A stretch of DNA of 64,000 nucleotides from an uncultured Candidatus Binatia bacterium (GCA_965203745.1 CBDBDK010000001.1:780400-844399); one strand, 5' to 3'; positions 43,070 through 51,838 are shown, numbered from the stretch's first letter. Notes: generated by a model from the letters alone, not told the origin. Made by a program: numbers and translations.

Positions 43070-43332
43070 TACAACAGTTCGTGGCCGACCGGCTTCGCGT
43101 CAATCCAGGCGCGATCTCCGGCCGCCGCTGGGGCGGTCTCGTCGCATTGGGCCAGCAGCTCATCAAGCGAGTACCGTGGACGTGTCCTGGGCGTCACCAC
43201 CAAGCGGCCGTCCTCAATGCGGATATCCACGCTGGCACCGACCCCGAGCTGCAGGAGCTCAAGAAGGGCCGGGGGCACGGCGAGCATGACGGAACCGCCA
43301 ACCTTGCGCAGATTCGTGGTATGCATGAACAC
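43069..43332 (-). CDS. mazE: AbrB/MazE-family antitoxin
   Basis: TNLRKVGGSVMLAVPPALLELLQLGVGASVDIRIEDGRLVV is a SpoVT/AbrB fold signature. It overlaps the mazF start. The start may be at 43326. Confidence 0.85.
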   Translation of the reverse strand: MFMHTTNLRKVGGSVMLAVPPALLELLQLGVGASVDIRIEDGRLVVTPRTRPRYSLDELLAQCDETAPAAAGDRAWIDAKPVGHELL

Positions 43333-43438
43333 CTCTTACATTATATTAAAATATAATAAAGGGCGACTCGCCGCGCAAGGTGGTCCTGCCCTAATTCGGC
43401 CGTCATTATGGAAAACCTAGGGCCGGGAACCGCCCACA

Positions 43439-43466
43439 GTAGGGGCGACCGGCCGGTCGCCCCTAC
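43439..43466. repeat. Palindromic hairpin GTAGGGGCGACCGGCCGGTCGCCCCTAC
   Basis: Identical palindrome, abutting the truncated 5' end of the domain-X fragment. Confidence 0.9.
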
Positions 43467-43469
43467 TCA

Positions 43470-43733
43470 GGCTGGCACTGTACTGCCTAATCGATAAGAA
43501 TTGAGCTGACCAACGGAAATACCGGACAAGTCGTCACCACCAAGGCGGGTGCGGGAACTTCCCGAGCAGATACGCAAAGTGTCTGTGGTGGCAAGAGCGA
43601 CACCGGGTTTGAACTGTTGTGGAACTGGAATATCCTGGGAGATGGTTGGCATACCGTCAGGGCCTACGCCGATCAGGAAACAGAACCCTTTTCCTGGAGC
43701 AAGGTGTTTGTGACAACCCTGGGACAGGAGACC
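43470..43733 (+). pseudogene. Domain-X gene fragment (5'-truncated, internal stop at 43488)
   Basis: GWHCTA*SIRIELTNGNTGQVVTTKAGAGTSRADTQSVCGGKSDTGFELLWNWNILGDGWHTVRAYADQETEPFSWSKVFVTTLGQE aligns with GWVCEA..CGDTDNGFGLLFNWNRLGAGEHTV..VTTVGE. Confidence 0.75.
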
Positions 43734-43761
43734 GTAGGGGCGACGCATGCGTCGCCCCTAC
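43734..43761. repeat. Variant palindromic hairpin GTAGGGGCGACGCATGCGTCGCCCCTAC
   Basis: Perfect 28-bp palindrome. Same arms as the main family, different centre. Confidence 0.9.
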
Positions 43762-43883
43762 GGCACATCCGTGATGACAAAATTCTGCTGCCCCTGCTGC
43801 CACTCCACCGTCGTGGTCTGCCCCGCTGCCGGGAAGTCCGCTATCTCATGCGTCTTCCGCAGCCCCCGGCGGAACTCCTCCCC
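43758..43883 (-). pseudogene. Domain-X gene fragment: last 41 codons, inverted relative to 43470-43733
   Basis: GEEFRRGLRKTHEIADFPAAGQTTTVEWQQGQQNFVITDVP* aligns with EEFLRGVEGECVAEDFPMLGQRTRLEWQQESQNFVITEVQ*. There is an in-frame stop immediately upstream. Confidence 0.75.
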
Positions 43884-44016
43884 TAGAGGGTGTTAGGCAC
43901 TTTTGGGGTGCCGGCGCGGGGGACCCCCCGGCACCGTACAACATAGAGTCGTGCGAACTGCCTTCGGAGGGGAAGGTACCTCTGAGGCCGGATTGCCTCT
44001 CCCCCAATACGGCTAC

Positions 44017-44121
44017 TCAGGAAAAGAAGAGCACGACGACCACCAGCAGCACCACCGCAATGAGGAAGGTGCGGCTGATGGTCTCGGCCAAACGCGGGCC
44101 GGTGCTCCGTTCGATCTTCAT
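44017..44121 (-). CDS. Possible 34-aa single-TM peptide
   Basis: MKIERSTGPRLAETISRTFLIAVVLLVVVVLFFS, immediately downstream of the 44131-44553 ORF. Below the ORF-track cut-off and speculative. Confidence 0.25.
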   Translation of the reverse strand: MKIERSTGPRLAETISRTFLIAVVLLVVVVLFFS

Positions 44122-44130
44122 GTTGTCGTG

Positions 44131-44553
44131 CTATTTGCTCAACAGCGCGCGCGTCACGTCCGCCGCAGTGATGTTATTCTCCGCGCTCCGCACGATCTCC
44201 CGGAAATGGTCGTGCATGACATCCCACCACTCAGGCAAGCGTTCATCCGCCAGGCCCGCGCTGCTAATTAGGGAGAAATCATGTTTCAAATCGCTCGCCG
44301 GTACTTCCAGGAAATAAATACGGCGTGCCGTGGCGCGCACCAGAAACCGGCGGTCGCCACATTCAAGCAAGGCGGCCTTCTCCCCGACTTCCGGGGCGAG
44401 GTGCACGCCGTAATACTCGGCACTCAGATCATGGGCATTCGGCGGCGAACAGGCAATGCCGGCGGCAATCGCCGCATGGCCGATATGAGCGCCCTCTTCA
44501 TCGGCATCCTTGAGAATGTCGATTCCTTCGACCTTATTGCCCAGTATAGACAT
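44131..44553 (-). CDS. Hypothetical protein. A signal peptide is encoded just upstream in another frame.
   Basis: 140 aa from MSILGNKVEG... The segment 44632-44534 encodes MKKLVLTGVFALGLLGFALPVQAEGLYVYTGQ* in a different frame that overlaps this start. Confidence 0.5.
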   Translation of the reverse strand: MSILGNKVEGIDILKDADEEGAHIGHAAIAAGIACSPPNAHDLSAEYYGVHLAPEVGEKAALLECGDRRFLVRATARRIYFLEVPASDLKHDFSLISSAGLADERLPEWWDVMHDHFREIVRSAENNITAADVTRALLSK

Positions 44554-45014
44554 AGAGTCCCTCTGCCTGGACAGGGAGCGCAAAGCCCAGCAGTCCGAGC
44601 GCGAACACGCCTGTGAGTACCAACTTCTTCATACCGACCTCCTTCTCGCAGTGCCCGGTGAGATTCTTGTAATGGGCACCGCGTCTTTCTTACTCCATTC
44701 TCATGAGTCATCCTCATCCTGAGAAGTTCGGCGTCCTGGATGGGGATGAACGGGTTCCTTCCGACCAAATTGCAGTGTATTCAGCATTTCCATCAGCCCA
44801 ACGAGACGCTGGGAATCTTCCTTGGTTTCTGGTTCAATGTGGACGCCACCTTGCCACCAATAAATACGCATTTTCACGCCTTAACGGTGAGGCAACACCC
44901 CTTAGACGGTACGGGAAGAATCCCCGTTGTAATGTCGTTTCTCTTCCAAAGCCTTCAGTATCTCCTCGGCTTCTTCTTCCAAGGAGCGACGCATGCTACT
45001 GCACTGCTGGCCGG

Positions 45015-45700
45015 TTGTCCCTAGTCAAATGATAGGATTGAGGCGTTTTTGGAGGGGAGCGAGACGCCCGCCCCTCTTGGGACGGGTGATGCATATTGTG
45101 TCGATTGTCCCCTCCGGGCCGTCCGCTCGCGCCCTCACCCGGCCCTGCGGGCCACCCTCTCCCAGAGGGCGAGGGTAAAAAAGCCCCTCTCCATCTGGGA
45201 GAGGGGTTGGGGTGAGGGCCAAACCCTCACGGCCGTGCGCCGGGCCGCTGTGCCCGGTGCTGGCGCGATGCTCCAACCACCCGGAGCGGGCCTTCACAGC
45301 GGGCGAGAGCGTGTTCGGACCTGCTGACAAGCCCCTGCTTTTCCTCAGGTTTTTCACGGGAACGCCCCAGGTTCCTTGCTGAGGGCGGTCCGGCAAGTCA
45401 GGGAGGGCGCTGCGGAAAAAGCATCCCAGGAAACAGAGGACTTCTCCTCTGGGTCCCGGTGGCGGGCCTTTTGTGGTGGGGCGCGACACTGCGTCTGCCG
45501 ACTGGTCGGGCTAAGACCGGTTGCAGGTAGCAGGCCGGGCGCGGGGGGGCCTGCTTCTGGGTGCGGCAGCAGAGCCCCCTTCGGCTTGCCCAGGCAAAGC
45601 CGGACGCGCCTTGTCCGGGACAGAAACCGCCCCAGCCGGCGCATGGTCCTACAAAAATCCGACAAAAAACGCCTCAATCCTATCATTTGATTAGGGACAA
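45015..45700. mobile_element. Internally deleted (non-autonomous) derivative of the IS4-type element
   Basis: The termini are TTGTCCCTAGTCAAATGATAGGATTGAGGCGTTTTT and AAAAACGCCTCAATCCTATCATTTGATTAGGGACAA. The left ~130 bp and right ~400 bp are colinear with 40239-40380 and 41862-42230. No transposase. Confidence 0.85.
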
Positions 45701-46035
45701 TCGGGGTGAACTGGTGTATGGCACGTCCTGCTGGTTGGCCATACATCAAATCTCACAGGCCAACGCAGACAGGGGGAGGACATGATTGCATCACCCTTCA
45801 CGAGGAGAAGGCCCATGAGAACCGCCCATTCCATAATCAGAGAGTAAGGGCCGTTTACGCGGGAAAAAAGCTGAAATGGGCGTGAAATTTTCACCTTTCA
45901 TGAAAAACGGTAAGTCTTTGCTCTATAAGGATTTTTTCCGATTTCAGCCAAAATGAACATGAAATTTCTCTACTTTTCTCTACTTTTGGGGAAAGGGCGG
46001 CGCTGACTTTTGGAAAACCACAAAAGGAGCAATAC

Positions 46036-46146
46036 ATGCCGGACTGGACACGCGTGCGCCTGAATCTGCGTTATCACTGGAAGGCGCTCATGCTGGTGGG
46101 ACTCGCCCTCGGCGCGGCCCTGTTGATCTTGCTATTCGGAGCGTAA
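46036..46146 (+). CDS. Possible 36-aa membrane peptide
   Basis: MPDWTRVRLNLRYHWKALMLVGLALGAALLILLFGA, with an AAAGGAG RBS 6 nt upstream. Speculative. Confidence 0.3.
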   Translation: MPDWTRVRLNLRYHWKALMLVGLALGAALLILLFGA

Positions 46147-46600
46147 CCGGAGCAGGGAGGATACCGTGAAAAACGGCCTACCTCGAATTTCCAGACGGCC
46201 TGATGAGGACAGTACCTATGTGTCTTGACAGGGAAAACGTGACTACGGTAATGCCGTGCCGCCAGGGAAGGGGGAATCGCGGATGAACCCGGCAAACGAG
46301 CCGCTCCGAGAGGCCAATCGCGCGTATCAGCGCCGGCGGAGAAAGCGCTGGCGGTGGCAGAGACTCGTGCTGGTGGGCGCGTTGCTGTTCGTTGCGGGAT
46401 GGCTGACGGGCGGGCTGCTGGCGGAAATTCTGGTCGGATTCGTGCTGGAGATTCTGGTCACGGGAAGCTCTGGCCTATAGGTCCCCCCGTTATTGCATCG
46501 TTCAGCCTTCTGGTTGTTTCCGATTCTGCCATGCTGCCACTCCTTCCATGAAGGGAATTATATACTGGATCAGTCGGGCAGCGGCTTTTTTCCCGCCTTA

Positions 46601-46664
46601 GAGCGCCGAGGACCGGAGCAAGGCCGACGCAAGGGCGTCCGGCTTAGTCATTTGACTAGGGACA
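46601..46664. repeat. Solo right-end relic of the IS4-type MITE
   Basis: GAGCGCCGAGGACCGGAGCAAGGCCGACGCAAGGGCGTCCGGCTTAGTCATTTGACTAGGGACA parallels 30775-30838. Confidence 0.7.
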
Positions 46665-46775
46665 GACGGGCGGCGGTCGTGTTAGGGGAGTTACTTGCTC
46701 CCCGCAGGCGGTTGTTTCCGCGCCGGTTTTACTGTAGGCAGAGAGCCTGTTTTTCTACCGATCTGAGGGTGCGTT

Positions 46776-48443
46776 ATGAGCAATGCAAAGACGGTGACAA
46801 CAGCCCGAAACGCCTGGGAGGACTCCGTTCTCAAGAAGGCCCTGTCGCGGTCTGCGGAGCGTAAAGAACGCTTTGAGACTACGTCGGGCATAGAGATCAA
46901 GCGGGTGTATACCAGCGAGGATACCCAGGACGGCGACTACCAGGAAAAGCTCGACTTTCCCGGCCAGTATCCCTTTACCCGTGGCGTCCAGCCCACCATG
47001 TATCGCGGTCGTTTCTGGACCATGCGTCAGTATGCCGGTTTTGGCACGGCCGAGGAGTCCAACCGGCGCTACCGCTACCTGCTTGAGCAGGGCCAGACCG
47101 GCCTGTCCGTGGCCTTTGATTTACCCACGCAGATGGGCCGGGATTCCGACCATGCGATGGCCGCCGGAGAAGTCGGGCGGGCCGGCGTGGCCATCGACTC
47201 GCTGGCGGACATGGAAACCCTGCTGGACGGTATTCCGCTGGACAAGGTCAGCACCTCCATGACCATCAACGCCACTGCGTCCATTCTACTGGCGCTCTAT
47301 CTGGCGGTGGCGGAAAAACAGGGCGTACCCTGGAATAAGGTCAACGGCACCATTCAGAACGACCTGCTCAAAGAGTACATCGCTCGCGGCACGTATATTT
47401 ATCCGCCCGGCCCGTCCCTGCGGATCATCACGGATATTTTCGGCTTTTGCGCCGATCAGGTCCCGAACTGGAACACGATTTCGATCTCCGGCTACCACAT
47501 CCGTGAGGCCGGCTCGACCGCAGCCCAGGAAATTGCGTTTACCCTGGCCGACGGGATCGCCTATGTTGAAGCCGCGCAGTCCGTCGGTCTCGATGTCGAT
47601 CGGTTTGCTTCCCGGCTGTCGTTCTTTTTCAATGTGCATAATAATTTCTTTGAGGAAGTGGCCAAGTTCCGGGCGGCCCGGCGATTGTGGGCCAAAATCA
47701 TGAAGGAGCGCTTTGAGGCTAAAAACCCGCGCTCGTGGATGCTGCGCACCCATGCTCAAACGGCAGGATCGACGTTGACAGCCCAGCAGCCGGACAATAA
47801 CATCATCCGGGTGACCCTTCAGGCCCTGGCCGCGGCCCTGGGCGGGACCAACTCGCTGCACACCAACTCAAAAGACGAAGCCCTGGCCCTGCCGACCGAA
47901 GACGCCGTACGGGTTGCGCTCCGCACCCAGCAGGTCATCGCCTACGAGTCCGGGGCCGCGGACACCATCGATCCCCTGGCGGGCTCGTATTTTATCGAAT
48001 CCCTGACGGACGAGTTGGAGGCCAAGGCGGTCGAGTATATCGACCGGATCGACAAGCTGGGCGGAGCCGTCCAGGCCATTGAGAACGGCTATCAGCAGCG
48101 CGAGATTCACGACGCCGCGTTCCGCTATCAGCAGGCCATTGAAACCAAGCAGCAGATCATTGTGGGGGTGAACGATTTCACGGTCGAAGAAGACCACCAC
48201 GACGAACTGCTGAAGGTCGATCTGGCCCTGGAAGAACGCCAGAAGGAGCGGGTGGCCGGGGTACGCGCCGAGCGCAACCAGGCCGCGGCCCAGGCCGCGC
48301 TCGACCGGGTTGGACAGCTGGCGCGGGATGGGGGCAATCTGATGCCGGCCATTATCGATGCCGTGCGGGCCTACGTCACCCTGGGTGAAATCTCGGACGC
48401 GCTGCGCAACGAGTTTGGCGAGTATCGACCGCCGACATTCTGA
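46776..48443 (+). CDS. Methylmalonyl-CoA mutase family, catalytic (large, N-terminal) subunit
   Basis: 555 aa. [59 protein letters not shown]. No B12-binding domain in this ORF. Confidence 0.92.
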   Translation: MSNAKTVTTARNAWEDSVLKKALSRSAERKERFETTSGIEIKRVYTSEDTQDGDYQEKLDFPGQYPFTRGVQPTMYRGRFWTMRQYAGFGTAEESNRRYRYLLEQGQTGLSVAFDLPTQMGRDSDHAMAAGEVGRAGVAIDSLADMETLLDGIPLDKVSTSMTINATASILLALYLAVAEKQGVPWNKVNGTIQNDLLKEYIARGTYIYPPGPSLRIITDIFGFCADQVPNWNTISISGYHIREAGSTAAQEIAFTLADGIAYVEAAQSVGLDVDRFASRLSFFFNVHNNFFEEVAKFRAARRLWAKIMKERFEAKNPRSWMLRTHAQTAGSTLTAQQPDNNIIRVTLQALAAALGGTNSLHTNSKDEALALPTEDAVRVALRTQQVIAYESGAADTIDPLAGSYFIESLTDELEAKAVEYIDRIDKLGGAVQAIENGYQQREIHDAAFRYQQAIETKQQIIVGVNDFTVEEDHHDELLKVDLALEERQKERVAGVRAERNQAAAQAALDRVGQLARDGGNLMPAIIDAVRAYVTLGEISDALRNEFGEYRPPTF

Positions 48444-48503
48444 ATCCCCCCAGCTCCCCTTATCAAAGGGGGAGTGAGAGGGGATACGAACAGGAGGGGC
48501 ATT

Positions 48504-49586
48504 ATGAAGGGGACCGTCAGTTTTATTCCCAAGGCGCGCACCATAGAGTTTTTTGAGTACGACCTGCCAGAGGTCGCCGAGGGCGCCATTCTGGCCGAGG
48601 TGAGTCGCACCAATGTGTGTGGCTCCGAGGTCCATATGTGGCGCGGCGAGTTCGGCCGGCGTGGTGTCATGCCCGGCCATGAGATGGTGGGCCAGGTGTA
48701 TAAGCTGGGCAAGGGTGTCACCCATGACACGGCCGGTCAGCCCCTAAAAGAGGGTGACCGGATTGCGCCGGTCTATTACGAGACCTGCGGCAACTGTGTG
48801 AACTGTCGAGCCGGCAACGCGGCGGCCTGCGTGGTGCTGGGTATTCGCGCCCGGCGCGTCGGGCCGCACGACCCGCCGCATTTTCATACCCCGTTTGCCA
48901 CGCACTACTACATCCATCCCGGCCAGCACGTCTACAAAGTGCCCGACAACGTGCCCGACCACGCCGCCTCGGCCGCCAACTGCGCCCTGTCCGAGGTTTT
49001 CTTTGGTCTGGATCAAGCCCGGCTCGGCTATGAAGAAACCCTGGTGGTACAGGGTGCCGGCGGGCTCGGCCTGCACGCCATGGCCGTGGCAAAAGCCCGG
49101 GGCGCTCGGGTCATTGCCATTGACGGCGTGGACCTGCGTCTCCAGCGGGCCAAAGCCTTTGGCGCGGACGAGATCGTTGACATGCGCGAGTATACCGACA
49201 CCAAAGCGCGAGTCGTGCAGGTACGGGAGCTGACCGGCGGCCTTGGCGCCGATGTGGTCCTGGAGGTGGCCGGCGTGCCTCAGGCGTTTCTGGAAGCCAT
49301 CAATCTGGTACGCAGCGGTGGGCGGGTCATTGAGATCGGCAATATCTCCCTTGGGCTGACCGTCGAGGTCCCGCCGGCCCTCATTACCTTCAAGTCGCCC
49401 CAGATCATTGGCGTGGCCACCTATAACCCACACTATCTGCACAAGGCGCTGAACTTTCTGTCCGCGCATATGGATACCTATCCCTATCACGAGTTGGTGG
49501 ACGCCGAGTTCCCGCTTGCGCAGGCGGGCGAAGCCCTGGAGAAATCAGACCGCAAGGAAATCACCCGCGCCTCGCTGCTGCCGTAG
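48504..49586 (+). CDS. Zinc-dependent alcohol dehydrogenase family protein
   Basis: The start MKGTVSF has an AGGAGG RBS. GHEMVGQV zinc motif and a GAGGLG nucleotide-binding motif. Confidence 0.85.
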   Translation: MKGTVSFIPKARTIEFFEYDLPEVAEGAILAEVSRTNVCGSEVHMWRGEFGRRGVMPGHEMVGQVYKLGKGVTHDTAGQPLKEGDRIAPVYYETCGNCVNCRAGNAAACVVLGIRARRVGPHDPPHFHTPFATHYYIHPGQHVYKVPDNVPDHAASAANCALSEVFFGLDQARLGYEETLVVQGAGGLGLHAMAVAKARGARVIAIDGVDLRLQRAKAFGADEIVDMREYTDTKARVVQVRELTGGLGADVVLEVAGVPQAFLEAINLVRSGGRVIEIGNISLGLTVEVPPALITFKSPQIIGVATYNPHYLHKALNFLSAHMDTYPYHELVDAEFPLAQAGEALEKSDRKEITRASLLP

Positions 49587-49611
49587 ATGCGACTCGCGCG
49601 TGGAGGAAGGC

Positions 49612-49992
49612 ATGAAAGACACACTCAGAACTGGCATGATCTTTGAGCAGACCATTACGACCACACCCGAGATGGGCATTGTGCATCTCGGGCCGGACGC
49701 GCCGCGCATGTATTCCACGCCGGCCATGATTCAGTTGATGGAAGGCACCTGCGTGCGGTTTCTCACTCCCTATATGGACGAGGGCGAGCAGACGGTCGGC
49801 TTCCACGTGGATGTCCGGCATCTGGCGCCCACCCAGATTGGCCAGCGGGTGACCGGCAGAGTCCGGTTGGAGGAAATCAAGGGTCGGCGGCTCAAGTTCA
49901 CGGTTGAGGCGTACAACGAGGATGCCACCAAGATTGGTGAGGGTCTGCACGAGCGCGCGGTGATTGATATCAACCGTTTCTCCGAGTCCTGA
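49612..49992 (+). CDS. Hotdog-fold thioesterase family protein
   Basis: 126 aa. EQTVGFHVDVRHLAPTQIGQRVTGRVRLEEIKGRRLKFTVEAY. GGAGGA RBS. Confidence 0.75.
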   Translation: MKDTLRTGMIFEQTITTTPEMGIVHLGPDAPRMYSTPAMIQLMEGTCVRFLTPYMDEGEQTVGFHVDVRHLAPTQIGQRVTGRVRLEEIKGRRLKFTVEAYNEDATKIGEGLHERAVIDINRFSES

Positions 49993-50070
49993 TCTTCATC
50001 CCCTCCCGAGAAGAGATTGGGGTGGTGATGTGTCGTTTTGCCTATTCTCCCTCACCCCGGCCCTCTCTCC

Positions 50071-50394
50071 CTACCGGACCTGCGAGCCGACCCGCACTCG
50101 TTTCTCCGGGCGTAAGACGATGACCTGCTCGCCATCCGAGGCGGCCAGGAGCATGCCCTGGCTCTCGACCCCGCGCAGTTTTGCCGGCTGAAGATTGGCG
50201 ACCACCACAAGCTGCCGACCGACGAGTTCCTCCGGGCTGTAATGCGCCCGGATGCCCGCCACGAGTTGGCGTTCGGTCTCTTCGCCAATATCGACCGTGA
50301 GGACCAGCAGGCGGTCGGCGTTCGGGTGGGGCTTTGCCGAGGTGACGGTTCCCACCCGCAAATCCATTTTGCTGAACTCTTCAATCGTGACCAT
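50071..50394 (-). CDS. tRNA-binding protein (CsaA/EMAP-type domain)
   Basis: 107 aa. FSKMDLRVGTVTSAKPHPNADRLLVLTVDIGEE..VANLQPAKLRGVESQGMLLAA. AAGGAG RBS. The long upstream extension runs through repeats and was rejected. Confidence 0.88.
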   Translation of the reverse strand: MVTIEEFSKMDLRVGTVTSAKPHPNADRLLVLTVDIGEETERQLVAGIRAHYSPEELVGRQLVVVANLQPAKLRGVESQGMLLAASDGEQVIVLRPEKRVRVGSQVR

Positions 50395-50473
50395 ACGACG
50401 CCGCTCCTTTTTGAAATGCATGCCACTATAGCTGGGCCGGAAGAAAGAGCAACGAGGGGCAAGTTGCATCCCC

Positions 50474-50606
50474 CTCACCCCAGCCCTCTCCCTCTGGGGG
50501 AGAGGGCTGGGGTGAGTCCCCTCCACGGAGCGGCGGGGTGGGTTGTGTTTGCAGGTACGCTCCAGGAACCCACCCCGGCCTTCGGCCACCCCTCCCGAGA
50601 GGGGAT
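50474..50606. repeat. Long perfect hairpin (CTCACCCCAGCCCTCTCCC / GGGAGAGGGCTGGGGTGAG) followed by a REP family A dimer
   Basis: Related half-sites occur at 45140-45230 and 50040-50075. The REP units are ..GGAGCGGCGGGGTGGGTT and AACCCACCCCGGCCTTCGGCCACCCCTCCCGAGAGGGGAT. Confidence 0.8.
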
Positions 50607-50883
50607 AGGAGAGGAGGTTACGCAATGAGTAGTTATAGGCTTTTCCCCAACACAGATTCTTAAATCTTTCTTGCTTTTCCCTTCCCTTTCTGAAAGTCTC
50701 AGCCCATCCACGTTTAGCGATGTACCCGCCTCGTCGGGTCACTTGCTGAATACAACAGTCGCGTGCAGATCAAGGAGTAGCTACCTTGGTTGCGGCGAAT
50801 AGGCAGGGCCTCACTATCGGTACATCGTTGTGACGTGGATATGGCCCGGCAACTCCGGGCGAATCAACCGTAGGGGGTGCCAC

Positions 50884-51318
50884 ATGCGTGTGCTGCTGTA
50901 TGTTCTCGGGTTCTGGGGCGGCTGGGTGGTTGGAGTCATTGCGGGGATGGCGTTGCTCGGGTCGCAGGGTGAGTCCTTTATGCTCTTTGGCCTGATTGGC
51001 TCAGGCGTGGGTATCTGGATTGTGCGAAAGGGGTATCATCCAGACCCGTCCCCTCCTCGCTATGAGTCCCAACAGCCCCAGACCACCTACAACGACAACC
51101 GAAGCATCGACAATCGGCGCGTGTTCAACATCATCGCCCAAGACAAAGACGAGGCGGCGCAGATTCTCCGGCAGTTGGAGCAGGGGGACGAGCCAGCAGC
51201 CATTGAAATGGACGATGTGCGCCACAAGATGCTGGAGAGGAAGGACAAGGAGGGCCGGGCATGGCCGGGGTACAGCGATGCAGATGACGGAAAATGGCCA
51301 GGATATAGCAAGGACTAG
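50884..51318 (+). CDS. Hypothetical membrane protein
   Basis: 144 aa from MRVLLYVLGFWGGWVVGVIAGMALL. Two TM segments, then a polar tail. Confidence 0.5.
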   Translation: MRVLLYVLGFWGGWVVGVIAGMALLGSQGESFMLFGLIGSGVGIWIVRKGYHPDPSPPRYESQQPQTTYNDNRSIDNRRVFNIIAQDKDEAAQILRQLEQGDEPAAIEMDDVRHKMLERKDKEGRAWPGYSDADDGKWPGYSKD

Positions 51319-51439
51319 GCTCTTGCCTTGTAACTGAAAATTATCCTGACAGCACAACCACTTAGCAATTTGACTATCCGTTGGGTAGCGGGGCACAAAG
51401 AAAGAGGGAGGCCCCTGGAAAGACCTCCCTCAAAGAACT

Positions 51440-51513
51440 GCTCCCGTAGCTTAATTAGGAAGAGCAGCGCCGTGACGAAGCGCAAGGTGTGGGTTCGACT
51501 CCCACCGGGAGAA
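51440..51513 (+). tRNA. tRNA-Val(GAC)-like gene with G1-A72 and C31-A39 mismatches
   Basis: Cloverleaf by hand: acceptor GCTCCCG/CGGGAGA, D arm GCTT-AATTAGGAA-GAGC, anticodon arm GCGCC-GTGACGA-AGCGC, T arm GTGGG-TTCGACT-CCCAC. U8, A14, A21, U33, G53, C61 and A58 are present. Confidence 0.5.
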
Positions 51514-51587
51514 CCGAATATCTAGTCAGACTCTTACACGTCCTCGCACAAATAGTCAAACCACCCGATAGTGGGTCGGTTTGAAAA

Positions 51588-51827
51588 CTACTCCATCAAG
51601 GCTCCTATGAACTGTGCTAGGAATTTCTTACATATCTTCAGACATTTCGGGTGAAATTTATCTCTGTGTATGAGTCTGTTCTTGTCGAACCAAAAACAGA
51701 GAATTGTCTTTTCATCAATGACTTCCTGCACAATCATAACAGGGCTTCGAGAAAGGTTTTCTACTACCACGACCGTTTCCCATTCGATAAATTGAGAGAG
51801 ATCGGCCATCTTCTGTTTTCTCGGCAT
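51588..51827 (-). CDS. DUF2158 (YodC-like) small protein
   Basis: 79 aa. VVVVENLSRSPVMIVQEVIDEKTILCFWFDKNRLIHRDKF matches the DUF2158 pattern. AT-rich. Confidence 0.5.
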   Translation of the reverse strand: MPRKQKMADLSQFIEWETVVVVENLSRSPVMIVQEVIDEKTILCFWFDKNRLIHRDKFHPKCLKICKKFLAQFIGALME

Positions 51828-51838
51828 CCGAGTCCTCC

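Noticed and set aside
42572-43420. 282-aa plus-strand ORF
   Set aside because: Antisense to the well-supported mazE-mazF pair.
44640-45010. Small minus-strand ORFs (about 30 and 56 aa) and the 114-aa ORF at 44424-44768
   Set aside because: No RBS, no recognisable family, and mutually overlapping frames. Not enough support to annotate.
50395-50742. Upstream extension of the tRNA-binding protein ORF (223-aa version)
   Set aside because: It runs through the long hairpin and REP dimer. A good AAGGAG RBS precedes the ATG at 50394.
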